Part shown: positions 33,604 to 43,528 of the stretch, piece after piece | Numbering within the stretch: the first letter of the stretch is position 1 | Layout of the letters: the number at the start of each line of letters is the position of its first letter | Source of the DNA: an uncultured Candidatus Saccharibacteria bacterium | Lineage (GTDB): Bacteria > Patescibacteriota > Minisyncoccia > Phycocordibacterales > UBA3531 | DNA length: 44,662 nucleotides | NCBI GenBank assembly: GCA_964361405.1 | Contig: CAYIAA010000006.1 | Coordinates: 1-44,662 of the forward strand | Direction: 5' to 3' | Translations under genes and position numbers: made by a program | Notes under the pieces: generated by a model | The model's database searches: none | What the model saw: only the letters and a program-made list of their open reading frames with translations | What the model was told of the DNA's origin: nothing

Positions 33604-34839
33604 TTACGCGAGAATAGCGCCATTGAGTTTCACCATCTCGACCATATCTCCCGAACGCAATTTTTTCTCAACCTCTCCCGCGAGAAGTGTTTTCTCCGAG
33701 AGAACGAGCCGCACCGGGATACCGATAAGATCGGCGTCGTTAAATTTCTCGCCGATTCGGATATCCCTATCGTCGTAAAGAATTCGTGAACCACCCGATT
33801 TCAATTTTTCATAGAGCTGGTCCGTTGCATGGGAAACTTCTTTATTCTCGGGAGACGCGGAAATAAGATGCGCCTGATACGGTGCGACGCTCTCGGGCCA
33901 TAGAATCCCTTTATCGTTGGAGTGAATCTCTACGATTGTTCCCAAAAGTCTTCCAATTCCGATGCCGAAACATCCCATGAGGGGGTAGTGCTTCGCGCCG
34001 TCACTCCCAGCGAAGGTGAGCTCGAATGGCTCGGTAAACTTAGTCTTGAGCTTGAAAATATTCCCGACTTCAATCGCTTTTTTTTCCTCGAATTCCTTGC
34101 CGCCGCAACCGGGGCACACTTGGCCGGTCTTGAAAATCTCCTTATTTATAGCCTCGGAACAACCTTTGCAAAGATAAATAATATCCTCACCTGCCTCACA
34201 AAGCGCTTGAAATTCATGGGAAAATTCACTGAATGTTCCTCCCGACGCATACGTAAAATGGGTGTGAGCGCCGAGACCAACACGCTTAAAAATCGTTTCG
34301 TATGCCCGGCGCACGCGTTCATAAAAAGAATCGAGGTCGGCTTCATCCGCGTGAAAAGAGTATAAGTCTTTCATCAGAAACTCTCTCCCCCGAAGGAGTC
34401 CGCTTTTCGCCCGGAGTTCCATCCTGAATTTATTCTGGATTTGATAAAGCGCTTTCGGAAGATCCCGATATGATGAGATGAATTGTTTTGCAAGCGGGAC
34501 GATAACCTCTTCATGTGTCCCTCCAAGAGCAAATTCTCTTTCGGATGCATCTTTCAATTTGTATAGGTCGTCAACACTCTCCCATCGTCCGGTCGTCACC
34601 CAATTTTCCTTTGGATGAAGTGAGGGAAGTAGAACTTCTTGCGCGCCGAGCGAATTCATTTCTTCGCGGACGATGGTTTCGATATTGCGGAGAACAGCAA
34701 GTCCGAGCGGGAGATATGAATAAATACCGGCGGAAAGCTTGTCAACAAAACCTCCTCGGATAAGGAGTGTGGCATTTCGCGCCAATTCATCCTTCGGTGC
34801 CTCCCGACGGCTCTTTCCAAATAAGGCGCTCATTCGCAT
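33604..34839 (-). CDS. proS: prolyl-tRNA synthetase, short form without INS editing domain
   Basis: THEE, QIQNKFRMELR, LRGREFLMKDLYSF, EVGNIFKL, MGCFGIGIGR. Confidence 0.95.
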   Translation of the reverse strand: MRMSALFGKSRREAPKDELARNATLLIRGGFVDKLSAGIYSYLPLGLAVLRNIETIVREEMNSLGAQEVLLPSLHPKENWVTTGRWESVDDLYKLKDASEREFALGGTHEEVIVPLAKQFISSYRDLPKALYQIQNKFRMELRAKSGLLRGREFLMKDLYSFHADEADLDSFYERVRRAYETIFKRVGLGAHTHFTYASGGTFSEFSHEFQALCEAGEDIIYLCKGCSEAINKEIFKTGQVCPGCGGKEFEEKKAIEVGNIFKLKTKFTEPFELTFAGSDGAKHYPLMGCFGIGIGRLLGTIVEIHSNDKGILWPESVAPYQAHLISASPENKEVSHATDQLYEKLKSGGSRILYDDRDIRIGEKFNDADLIGIPVRLVLSEKTLLAGEVEKKLRSGDMVEMVKLNGAILA

Positions 34840-34922
34840 GAGACCCATCTTACCCAAAAGGCAAACGTTTTACCACTCGGGGATTCTACCGAGGGCAGAG
34901 GATAAGGAAGGAAGGTAGCCCG

Positions 34923-36032
34923 CTAAGTGCCGAGAAAACCGAGGCGGACGAAGTCGTGGTAAGAAATCAAAACCATGATGAGAAGAAGAAGTCCAAAGCC
35001 GAAAAGATTCGATATTTTTACGAAACGAGGATTGAGTGGCGCACCCCGGAGTGCTTCAATCAGAAGGAAGAAGAGTCGTCCTCCATCAAGAGCCGGGAAG
35101 GGCAAAATATTGATGAGCGCAATACTAATAGAAAGAAGCGCGGTCAAACTAAGAAGATAAGAAAAACCGAGCCCGCCCGCTTCTCCCACGATGGTGTAAA
35201 TGCCGACCGGTCCGGCAAGCGTTGAAAGGTCGGCTCCGCCCGAGAGAGCTCCGTAAACGAGCCCACCGATTGCGGAAAGCGTTAAGTATGAAAGGTCGAT
35301 TGTCCGGCGAAGCCCTTCCCAGACAGCTAAGTGGAGGGGTAATTTCATCGTTCCTATAGAATCGAGTGTTATTCCAATCGCAAAACGCCCCGGAACAATA
35401 TTCGCCTCGGGCACCACTTCTATCTTAATCTCCTCGCTACCTCGCTTTAAGGTGAGTAATACCTCACCCTCACCCGCCTTGTCGATAAAATCCGCGATCG
35501 CTTTCGTGTCGAGAGACTCTGTAACGCGAATGAGGTCATCCCCTTCCTTGATCGAAATGATGGTGTCGCCTGTTTTTATCCCCACGCCTTCCGCTGGAGT
35601 ATTAATTCCCACATTACTCACGATGATTCTCGCATCATGTATATACGCCGCATATTTCTCATCAAACGAAGCGGGTGCGCCCGTGGCAAATCCCACCGAG
35701 AGAAGTATCCACGCGAGAGCGAGATTAAAGAGAACGCCGGCCGCAATCACGAATGCTTGGGCCGTGAGGGAAAATGCCCCGAAATCGGGATGGCCAGATG
35801 GAGGGTTTTCCTCTGGGCCATCTTCGCCGAGAATCCGCACGAACCCGCCGAAAGGAATCGCGTTTAGTGTATACTCCGTCCCGCGCCGTTTCCATGAAAA
35901 AAGTCTGGGAGGAAATCCGAAACCGAATTCAAGAACGCGCATGCCGACGCGCCGAGCCGTTATGAAATGCCCAAATTCATGCGAAATAATGAGGACACTG
36001 AAAATGAGAAAAAAAATAAGTATCGTTGGCAT
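34923..36032 (-). CDS. rseP: site-2 protease RseP (M50) with PDZ domain
   Basis: HEFGH, FGFGFPP, IPFGGFV, NILPFPALDGG. Confidence 0.93.
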   Translation of the reverse strand: MPTILIFFLIFSVLIISHEFGHFITARRVGMRVLEFGFGFPPRLFSWKRRGTEYTLNAIPFGGFVRILGEDGPEENPPSGHPDFGAFSLTAQAFVIAAGVLFNLALAWILLSVGFATGAPASFDEKYAAYIHDARIIVSNVGINTPAEGVGIKTGDTIISIKEGDDLIRVTESLDTKAIADFIDKAGEGEVLLTLKRGSEEIKIEVVPEANIVPGRFAIGITLDSIGTMKLPLHLAVWEGLRRTIDLSYLTLSAIGGLVYGALSGGADLSTLAGPVGIYTIVGEAGGLGFSYLLSLTALLSISIALINILPFPALDGGRLFFLLIEALRGAPLNPRFVKISNLFGFGLLLLIMVLISYHDFVRLGFLGT

Positions 36033-36040
36033 TGTATTTT

Positions 36041-36589
36041 TTACTCGCCGAGCTCCCGAACTTTCTTAGCAAGCGCTTCCTCGAGTGAATTGCCTGCCTC
36101 ATCAATATAACGTTGAAGTTCGTCCTTAGCACGGAACTTTTCGTCTTCTCCCATACCCCCTTCTTTTTCCCGCTCTTGAATCTCATGCCACACACAGTCG
36201 CGCTCATGGCGAAGTTGTACTTTCGCCCGCTCAAGCCTTTCCTTCGCTGACTTTATAAGCCGTGCGCGACTCTCTCCGGTGAGTTCCGGATACGCCACTC
36301 GAACACCACTCTCGTCGGCCGCGGTCGAGAGACCGAGATTTGCGCGCTCAATCGCGGTTTGGATAGCTTTCACGTGAGTCTTGTCCCACGGAGAAACACG
36401 AAGTGTCCGCGCATTTTCCACCGAAAGCGAAGCGATGTGCTTCATTGGAGTCTCGACACCATATGCTAAGACTGGCATATCCTCAAGTATAAGAGTTGAT
36501 GCATGTCCACTGCGAATCCCGGAGAACTCTTTTTTGAGCCAACTGTATGTCTCTTCGATATTTGTCTTAAGCGACGTAAAGTCGTACAT
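36041..36589 (-). CDS. frr: ribosome recycling factor
   Basis: IRSGHAS, VSPWD, PELTGESR, AKVQLRHER. Confidence 0.93.
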   Translation of the reverse strand: MYDFTSLKTNIEETYSWLKKEFSGIRSGHASTLILEDMPVLAYGVETPMKHIASLSVENARTLRVSPWDKTHVKAIQTAIERANLGLSTAADESGVRVAYPELTGESRARLIKSAKERLERAKVQLRHERDCVWHEIQEREKEGGMGEDEKFRAKDELQRYIDEAGNSLEEALAKKVRELGE

Positions 36590-36645
36590 AATGGTGAATA
36601 AAATAGTATGCTATCACGTACACGCTCTCCTCGACAAACCCCCAG

Positions 36646-37395
36646 TCAAGCGCTTTCACGCACCTTCCCCTCGATTGTCGGACAAACAAGCGCTATGTGC
36701 TCGAGAATCATTTTCAAGTTACTACTCGGCCGCCTCAAATACTCTCCCAATCGAATGAACTCCCGATAGAATGACCCAAGTGATATATCCTTCCCTCTCT
36801 CAATATTCTCTTTAATCGCAACTTCAATGCCACGGAAAAACTCTTCCGCTTGAGTACGGTCTTCGCTCTCAAGAATCTTCCGAACGAGTTTGAATCGCGT
36901 CGCGGGAGCACTCTCTAGAAATAGACGGACCTCCTTTTTCTCTATGTGCTTGGGGAGAGAGTCACGAACAAGGACAAGCCGAGAACGCAGTGTCGGTAAA
37001 AGCGCCTCGGCACTCTCCATATCGGTAATGAAAAAAAAGTGATTTCCGAGACCCGGTTCTTCCATGGTCTTTAAAAGCGCTTGTTGGGCTTCCTCCGTGA
37101 ATGCGTGAATTTTCAGTATAACAAAACGCCTGCCGCTAAAAGCTCTCTGTGAAACGCTTGCGCGAAGTTTACGGGCTTCGTCTATCCCGAAACTTCGAGA
37201 TTCTATCACTAAGATGTCGAGATGCGCTCGCTCCTCCGGTATTTTTCCCAGAAGATTCCTCCGGAGGCGTTCCACGATACCCGGATCGTCACTCACGAGA
37301 TGGTACGCGTGCAAAAGCCCCGCTCCGGAAAAATGTTTCTCCAGAATATCCGGAGACGATTTATCGCTTAGAAATGATGCTTTTTTTATAGACAT
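36646..37395 (-). CDS. holB: DNA polymerase III delta' subunit, reduced form
   Basis: HAY, GIDEARKL, EAQQALLKTMEEP, LLPTLRSR; start uncertain. Confidence 0.8.
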   Translation of the reverse strand: MSIKKASFLSDKSSPDILEKHFSGAGLLHAYHLVSDDPGIVERLRRNLLGKIPEERAHLDILVIESRSFGIDEARKLRASVSQRAFSGRRFVILKIHAFTEEAQQALLKTMEEPGLGNHFFFITDMESAEALLPTLRSRLVLVRDSLPKHIEKKEVRLFLESAPATRFKLVRKILESEDRTQAEEFFRGIEVAIKENIERGKDISLGSFYREFIRLGEYLRRPSSNLKMILEHIALVCPTIEGKVRESA

Positions 37396-38374
37396 CAAGG
37401 TGGTCGAGTGCAACGCCCGTCCCCCGTGCAACGCAGTAGAGTGCATCATCGGCAACTGTTGCATGTACACCGGTCCTTCGGTAGATGAGTTCTGGAAAAT
37501 TTCGGAGGAGTGACGACCCTCCCGTCATCGTAATGCCGCGGTCAATGATATCTGCGGAAAGTTCGGGGGGGGTCGATTGAAGCACGTCTTTGATCGCCTT
37601 CACGATTTTCTTGAGCTCATTTTCAATCGCTCCGACAATTTCATTCGTCCTAATCTCCGCAGTGCGAGGAAGTCCGGTCAAAAAATCCCGTCCCTTCACC
37701 GTCATCGAAAGTTCATCCTCAAGCGGAACCGCTGACCCGATCTGGATTTTTACATCCTCGGCAGTCTTGTCGCCAATGCCGAGGTTAAACGCTTTCTTGA
37801 TGTAGTCAGCTATGGCCTGGTCAATCTTGTCTCCTGCGCACTTAACCGATGTTGAGGCAACAATACCGCCCAAGGAAATGATGGCAACATCGGTCGTCCC
37901 ACCGCCGATATCAACGATCATATTTCCCCGCGCTTCGTAAATCGGTATTCCAGCTCCAATGGCGGCCAAAATGGGTTCCTTCGCGACATATGCCCGCCGC
38001 GCGCCGGCCCGTATCCCCGCCTCAATGACCGCCCGCTGTTCCGTCGAGGTAACTCCCGCAGGCACAGATACAATCACTTCCGGTTTCCAAAAATTCCACT
38101 TCGGTAACGATTTCGCGATAAAATAGCGCAACATCGCTTCTGTTACGCGATAGTCCGCGATGACGCCGTCCTTCATCGGACGATACGCGACAATTGAATC
38201 AGGAGTGCGACCAATCATTTGCTTCGCCTCGTTCCCGACGGCCAAAATTTTATTTTCCTGTTCCGAGACGGCAACCACCGATGGCTCGTTTAACACGATT
38301 CCCCTCCCCGGGGAAAACACGAGTGTGTTCGCCGTCCCTAGGTCAATACCGAGTTTGGTTGAAAAAATACCCAT
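37361..38374 (-). CDS. mreB: MreB/Mbl actin homologue (copy 2)
   Basis: GIDLGTANT, EPSVVA, PMKDGVIAD, DIGGGTT, TGGSSLL. Confidence 0.95.
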   Translation of the reverse strand: MGIFSTKLGIDLGTANTLVFSPGRGIVLNEPSVVAVSEQENKILAVGNEAKQMIGRTPDSIVAYRPMKDGVIADYRVTEAMLRYFIAKSLPKWNFWKPEVIVSVPAGVTSTEQRAVIEAGIRAGARRAYVAKEPILAAIGAGIPIYEARGNMIVDIGGGTTDVAIISLGGIVASTSVKCAGDKIDQAIADYIKKAFNLGIGDKTAEDVKIQIGSAVPLEDELSMTVKGRDFLTGLPRTAEIRTNEIVGAIENELKKIVKAIKDVLQSTPPELSADIIDRGITMTGGSSLLRNFPELIYRRTGVHATVADDALYCVARGTGVALDHLDVYKKSIISKR

Positions 38375-38430
38375 AGATTTAATAGATTCATGCGTTGAAA
38401 AGAATCTACTGCCCGAGAACGAGTGGACTC

Positions 38431-39729
38431 TTAGTCTCGGGCCTCCACCCTCTCGATGTCGAGCCCGAGCGAGGCAAAACGTTTTTCAATTCGCTCGTAT
38501 CCACGGTCAATAGTGTAGACATTATGGATGACGCTTGGGCCTTTTGCAACAATCGCGGCAAGGATATAGGCGAGTCCTGCTCGAACGTCCGGGCTCGTGA
38601 GTTCGGCTCCACGAAGTTCTCGCGGACCGCGTACGATCGCACGGTGCGGATCACAGACAGTGATGTCCGCTCCCATACGAACGAGTTCCGGGATGTAACC
38701 CAACCGGCTCTCAAAAATCGTCTCAAAAATAAGGGATTCTCCTTCGGCCTGCGTCAAGAAAACGGTCATCGGCGCCTGGAGGTCAGTCGGGAATCCCGGA
38801 TACTCATGCGTTCGAACATTGGTCGCGCGAATAGAGGGCGATCGTTTGTTTTTCACTTCGATGCGATTTTTTCCCACGATAATCTCGGCATCTGATGCGT
38901 ACCGTATCATTTCAATCGGCACATCGAGCTCGGAGGAATTGCAGTTTGTAATCACCACATGACTCCCCGCGAGAACACCGAGAATAAGAAATGATCCGGC
39001 TTCAATTCTGTCCGGTGGAACCCGGTAAGGCTCTGGAGCTGGCTTCAAAAGTCCTCCACCCTCTATAGTGAGCGTTGGTGTCCCCTCCCCATCGATCTTC
39101 CCGCCGGAGCGTTTGAGAAACTTCACTAAACTCACAATTTCTGGCTCAAATGCGGCGTTTTTTATGACCGTCGTACCTTTGGCGAGAAGCCCGGCCATGA
39201 CAAGGGCAGTCGTCGCGGTAACACTCTGCTGGCGGAGAATAATCTCGCACCCCGTAAGCCCACGCTTGGGCGCTTCAAGTGTATAGATTCCCGCATGGAT
39301 GGAGAGTCGCGCACCCATATGGACAAAACCTTCGAGAAAAAGATCAATCGGTCGAGCGCCAATTAAATCACCTCCGGGCGCGGGAAATGAAACTCTTCCC
39401 TCTCGCGCGAGAATAGGACCGGTAAGAACGACCGATGCTCTGAATTTTTTCGTAACCTCGACCGGCATATCCGGCACAACTTTGGTGGGAGATGAAATCC
39501 GATATTTCTCCGGAGCGATATGTTCAACCCGGGCTCCGATTGATGAGAGAAGTTCGGCCATTCTTTTTATGTCTTCGATGTCGGGAACATTCTCGAGTTC
39601 GATGCTCTCAGAAAAAAGAAGTGAGCTCGCGAATGCCGGCAGTGCGGCATTCTTTGCGCCGCGAACCGCTATCTCGCCCGAGAGCGTGCGCTTCCCGCCG
39701 AGCCCTTCAATATGAAAGTCTGATGCCAT
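38431..39729 (-). CDS. murA: UDP-GlcNAc 1-carboxyvinyltransferase
   Basis: GAKNAALP, RAS, PGGDLIGARP, EPEI, PDRIEAG, PGFPTDLQ, IDRGYE. Confidence 0.97.
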   Translation of the reverse strand: MASDFHIEGLGGKRTLSGEIAVRGAKNAALPAFASSLLFSESIELENVPDIEDIKRMAELLSSIGARVEHIAPEKYRISSPTKVVPDMPVEVTKKFRASVVLTGPILAREGRVSFPAPGGDLIGARPIDLFLEGFVHMGARLSIHAGIYTLEAPKRGLTGCEIILRQQSVTATTALVMAGLLAKGTTVIKNAAFEPEIVSLVKFLKRSGGKIDGEGTPTLTIEGGGLLKPAPEPYRVPPDRIEAGSFLILGVLAGSHVVITNCNSSELDVPIEMIRYASDAEIIVGKNRIEVKNKRSPSIRATNVRTHEYPGFPTDLQAPMTVFLTQAEGESLIFETIFESRLGYIPELVRMGADITVCDPHRAIVRGPRELRGAELTSPDVRAGLAYILAAIVAKGPSVIHNVYTIDRGYERIEKRFASLGLDIERVEARD

Positions 39730-39805
39730 TTCGCCATTTTACGTGAGCCCGGAGCGGGGCACAAATGTATCCCAATCTTCTCTTCGCTTTTGTTACAATT
39801 CGACT

Positions 39806-41731
39806 ATGTACGTCCTAACCGTGATTCCGATAATGCGGGGGGTATTCCGCGATGAGCTCACCTACTATAGTGAAGCCCGGGTCGACCCGGGGGCAATCGT
39901 CACTATTCCCCTTCGCGGAAAAGAAGTAAGTGCTCTCGTCCTCGGGTCGACCGAGGCGCGCGCGCTTCGTGGAGAACTCCGGTCAAAAGAGTATCAGCTG
40001 AAAAAGATCGGCGTCCTTCGGGCGGAGCGTCTCGTCGGAGCGGAATTTATCCGCGCGGCAATTGCTCTCTCGCGTTTCTATGCGGCGCCGCTTGGCCTCG
40101 TTTTAAAAAACTTAATTCCCCGGGCGCTTCTTGCCCGGGCGGGAAAGCTCGCCCTCCCCGCCGAAGAACCGTTTGATGCTCGTCCGCGCGAGAAAACAAA
40201 ATGGACTCTTGGCCGGGTGGTACAATCCCCTTTGGAAGAACGAATGAGCGCCTATCGGAGCGTAGTGCGGGAAGCGTTTGCCCGGGGAGAATCGGTCTAT
40301 GTAATAGTCCCGAGTATCTACGAGGTTGAGAGCGTGGAGAGTGCGCTCTCGCGCGGCATCGAGGAATTCACCTTCGGCATCCATGCTTCGCTCCCCGCCA
40401 GAAAGTTCGATGAGTTGTGGCGAAAAATACTCGCTCCGGGGCATCCAATACTCGCCGTAGGAACGAGCATGCTTCTTTCTCTCCCGAGGAGAGATTTAAA
40501 AACCATCGTGATAGAACGCGATCACGCCACTATCTATAAGCATTTGACGCGGCCATACCTCGATACTCGCGCCTTCGCCGAGCTTCTTGCACGGGAAATC
40601 TCCGGTGAACTCATCGTAGGCGACGTCACCACCCGTCTCGAGACAATCTATAAAATGGAGCGTGGCCTCTATTCGGAACTCCGTCACGCAACCTCGCACC
40701 CCGCTCGAATCTATCCGGAGGAAGTGATTGATATGCGCACGTACCGCGAAGAAAAACCTTTTCGTATCATAAGTGATCCGCTCCTGAAACTCCTCGAAGG
40801 TGCCGGGCGTATGGGAGAAAAGACGCTTCTCCTTGTCGGGAGGAAAGGTTTCGCTCCGAGTACCGTTTGTAACGACTGCGGCAGTGTGCTCACCTGTGAG
40901 CACTGTACGTCCCCTCTCGTTCTCCACCAAGAAGAGCACACGACAAAATCGGGAAAAAAATTCGAGGAAACCGTCTATGTGTGTCACAAATGCTATGCCC
41001 GCTCGAGGGCGAACACACTCTGCCGTGAGTGTGGCGGTTGGCGTCTCTTTGCGCTCGGCATCGGCATTGACCGCGCCGCCGAAGAAATAAAAAAGAAATT
41101 CCCGAATGCACCGCTTTTTCTCCTTGAGAGTGATGCGGCGAAAAAAGCAGGCGGCGGAGCGGAAATCGTCGGGCAATTCCTCGCTAAAAAGGGCGGCATT
41201 CTTTTGGGAACCGAAGCCGCGCTTTACTACCTCTCTCGCCGCGTCGAGAATACCGCCATTCTTTCTATCGATTCGCTCTTTGCCATACCTGATTTCCGGA
41301 TGGGTGAGCGGACAACAAATCTCATTGCCGAGGTAAAATCACTCGCGGCGCGGCGTTTCTTCGTTCAAACTCGGCGGCCCGATGAACTGATTTTCCCCTT
41401 CCTCACGCAAGGGAATATCGGCGGTTTTTATCGCAGTGAACTCGAGAGCCGCAAAAAATGGAATTATCCTCCGTACTCGGTCTTGGTAAAAATTACGCAA
41501 AAAGGAAATCGCGAGGCCGTCACGGAAGAAATGCGGAAGCTCGAAAAGCTTGCATCAAAGTGGCAACCGATTGTTTTTCCGGCATTCACGGAAACCCTGA
41601 AAGGACTCTATATCCTCCACGCTCTTCTTAAAATTCCGCGGGAGAGTTGGCCCGATGCCGAATTAACGACAATCCTACGCTCCCTTTCTCTCTCCTATAG
41701 CGTTGTCGTCGATCCAGCGGAGATACTATAA
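39806..41731 (+). CDS. priA: primosomal protein N' (PriA) with degenerate helicase motifs
   Basis: N-terminal 3'-binding domain (LTY, VTIPLRG), RKGFA, four CxxC pairs, PDFR, YPPY, VDP C-terminus. Confidence 0.88.
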   Translation: MYVLTVIPIMRGVFRDELTYYSEARVDPGAIVTIPLRGKEVSALVLGSTEARALRGELRSKEYQLKKIGVLRAERLVGAEFIRAAIALSRFYAAPLGLVLKNLIPRALLARAGKLALPAEEPFDARPREKTKWTLGRVVQSPLEERMSAYRSVVREAFARGESVYVIVPSIYEVESVESALSRGIEEFTFGIHASLPARKFDELWRKILAPGHPILAVGTSMLLSLPRRDLKTIVIERDHATIYKHLTRPYLDTRAFAELLAREISGELIVGDVTTRLETIYKMERGLYSELRHATSHPARIYPEEVIDMRTYREEKPFRIISDPLLKLLEGAGRMGEKTLLLVGRKGFAPSTVCNDCGSVLTCEHCTSPLVLHQEEHTTKSGKKFEETVYVCHKCYARSRANTLCRECGGWRLFALGIGIDRAAEEIKKKFPNAPLFLLESDAAKKAGGGAEIVGQFLAKKGGILLGTEAALYYLSRRVENTAILSIDSLFAIPDFRMGERTTNLIAEVKSLAARRFFVQTRRPDELIFPFLTQGNIGGFYRSELESRKKWNYPPYSVLVKITQKGNREAVTEEMRKLEKLASKWQPIVFPAFTETLKGLYILHALLKIPRESWPDAELTTILRSLSLSYSVVVDPAEIL

Positions 41732-41860
41732 ACTTATTTGTGATACAAAAAATAAATCCATTTCAGCTTGAACGGATCCGGCATAACTCATGAGAATAAT
41801 AAAAGCAATACTGACAACAGTAAGAAATACTACCCAGCAAATGGCGGATTGAGGGCTCAT
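41726..41860 (-). CDS. small single-TM protein (44 aa), not in the ORF track
   Basis: Hand translation MSPQSAICWVVFLTVVSIAFIILMSYAGSVQAEMDLFFVSQISL*; fills the gap after hpf. Confidence 0.45.
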   Translation of the reverse strand: MSPQSAICWVVFLTVVSIAFIILMSYAGSVQAEMDLFFVSQISL

Positions 41861-41878
41861 TGAGGAGTAGATATCTGA

Positions 41879-42244
41879 CTAACGATAAAACCGGCGGAGC
41901 GTATCTTTGATAAACCTGCCGCCACGCCTGAGCATGGTCTGGCGGAGCTCTTTCCGGGTTGTTATCTCTTCCAGTATTTCTTCCTGTGCTTTGTCAACTG
42001 CGGCGTAGAGATCTTCTGCTTCACTAACGGCCCGAAGAACCTTGCTTAAATAGTAGACTTGAATCTCCGCACGGTATACGGAGCCGGATTCGTGGTGGAG
42101 GGTGGTCTTGCCCACCTCAACACGGACGACAGGTTTCTCTTCAAGGGCATCAATAAATCGTTCAATCTTTTCAAGTCGCTTCTCGATGTAGCCCCTAATC
42201 TCGGGTGTCAGATCAATCGTTGTCGCCTTGATATTGAGTTTCAT
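41879..42244 (-). CDS. hpf: ribosome hibernation factor HPF/RaiA (short form)
   Basis: IDLTPEIRGYIEKRLEK, AEDLYAAVD. Confidence 0.9.
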   Translation of the reverse strand: MKLNIKATTIDLTPEIRGYIEKRLEKIERFIDALEEKPVVRVEVGKTTLHHESGSVYRAEIQVYYLSKVLRAVSEAEDLYAAVDKAQEEILEEITTRKELRQTMLRRGGRFIKDTLRRFYR

Positions 42245-42287
42245 CGTAAATTGCGAGACGAGATTATATTAAGTATAACACGAGATT

Positions 42288-43424
42288 TTAGCGAATGGCG
42301 TCAGAAACGGCACGGAGAACCCGTTTATCGAAAATATCGGGGATAATTTTCGTCGGAGTGGGGTGGGTAATGCACCCAGCGAGGTTTTTTGCGGTACGCA
42401 AGTACATGGCCTCCGTAAAACACCCGATACGGCGATCGAGAGCTCCGCGGAAAATACCGGGGAATGCCAAGAGATTGTTGATTTGATTGGGGAAATCCGA
42501 TCGCCCAGTCGCGGTGATAAAGGCGCCGGCCGCCTTCGCCTGAAGCGGCAAGATTTCGGGTGTGGGATTCGCGAGTGCAAAGATGACCGGCTTCGGCGCC
42601 ATACTCCGAACCAGTGCTCCGGTAAGAAGATCTCCCTTGCTCACGCCAATAAAAACATCCATCCCGATGAGAGAGTGCGCGAGATTTCCTTTCATACCCT
42701 CGCGATTCGTGAGCTGCGCTAAATCCTTTTTCTCCCCTTCTAGATCGCGCCTCCCGCGATAGAGAGCGCCTTTTGAGTCAAGAACTATAATATGCCGCAC
42801 GCCGTAACGGAGCAAAATTCGTGTAATGGCAGTTCCCGCGGCCCCCGCGCCGTTTATGACGACTCGAGCGCGCGACGGACTAAGCTTTTTTACTTTGAGC
42901 GCATTGATGAAGGCCGCGAGTACGACAACCGCAGTGCCGTGCTGGTCGTCGTGCATCACCGGAATTTTGAGCTCGGCGGAGAGCCGCCGCTCAATCTCAA
43001 AACACCGTGGCGCGGCGATGTCTTCGAGGTTGATACCGCCGAATGCCGGGGCAATATGTTTCACCGTTTGAATGATTTCCTCGGTATCTTGCGTGTCGAG
43101 GCAAATCGGAAATGCATCCACGTTCGCGAACTCCTTAAAAAGGATCGCCTTCCCTTCCATCACCGGGAGCGCGGCCGCGGCTCCTAAATTGCCGAGCCCA
43201 AGAATGGCAGAACCGTCGGAGACTACGGCGACGCTATTTTGCTTCAGCGTATAGTCATACGCTCTCTCCGAATTCTTCCCTATCTCAATGGACGCCTGCG
43301 CGACGCCCGGCGTGTATGCAAGCGAAAGATCGCGGCGAGTTCGCATCGGAACTTTGCTTGAAATGGCAAGCTTTCCTTTATACTTTTTATGATACGCGAG
43401 CGAATCTTTATAGATCCTCTTCAT
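42288..43424 (-). CDS. NAD(P)-dependent malic enzyme
   Basis: LSLAYTPGVA, DGSAILGLG, PVMEGK, INLEDI, HDDQHGT, GAGAAG, ALANP, TGRSD. Confidence 0.95.
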   Translation of the reverse strand: MKRIYKDSLAYHKKYKGKLAISSKVPMRTRRDLSLAYTPGVAQASIEIGKNSERAYDYTLKQNSVAVVSDGSAILGLGNLGAAAALPVMEGKAILFKEFANVDAFPICLDTQDTEEIIQTVKHIAPAFGGINLEDIAAPRCFEIERRLSAELKIPVMHDDQHGTAVVVLAAFINALKVKKLSPSRARVVINGAGAAGTAITRILLRYGVRHIIVLDSKGALYRGRRDLEGEKKDLAQLTNREGMKGNLAHSLIGMDVFIGVSKGDLLTGALVRSMAPKPVIFALANPTPEILPLQAKAAGAFITATGRSDFPNQINNLLAFPGIFRGALDRRIGCFTEAMYLRTAKNLAGCITHPTPTKIIPDIFDKRVLRAVSDAIR

Positions 43425-43528
43425 TGGATGATCAGTGTAACACGGATCGGATGCAAAAACGGCTGTGCTTGCGCGGATTGAAAAAAAAGTTCACACTCAA
43501 TTCGGTTTGTACAAATAATGGGGGTTTT

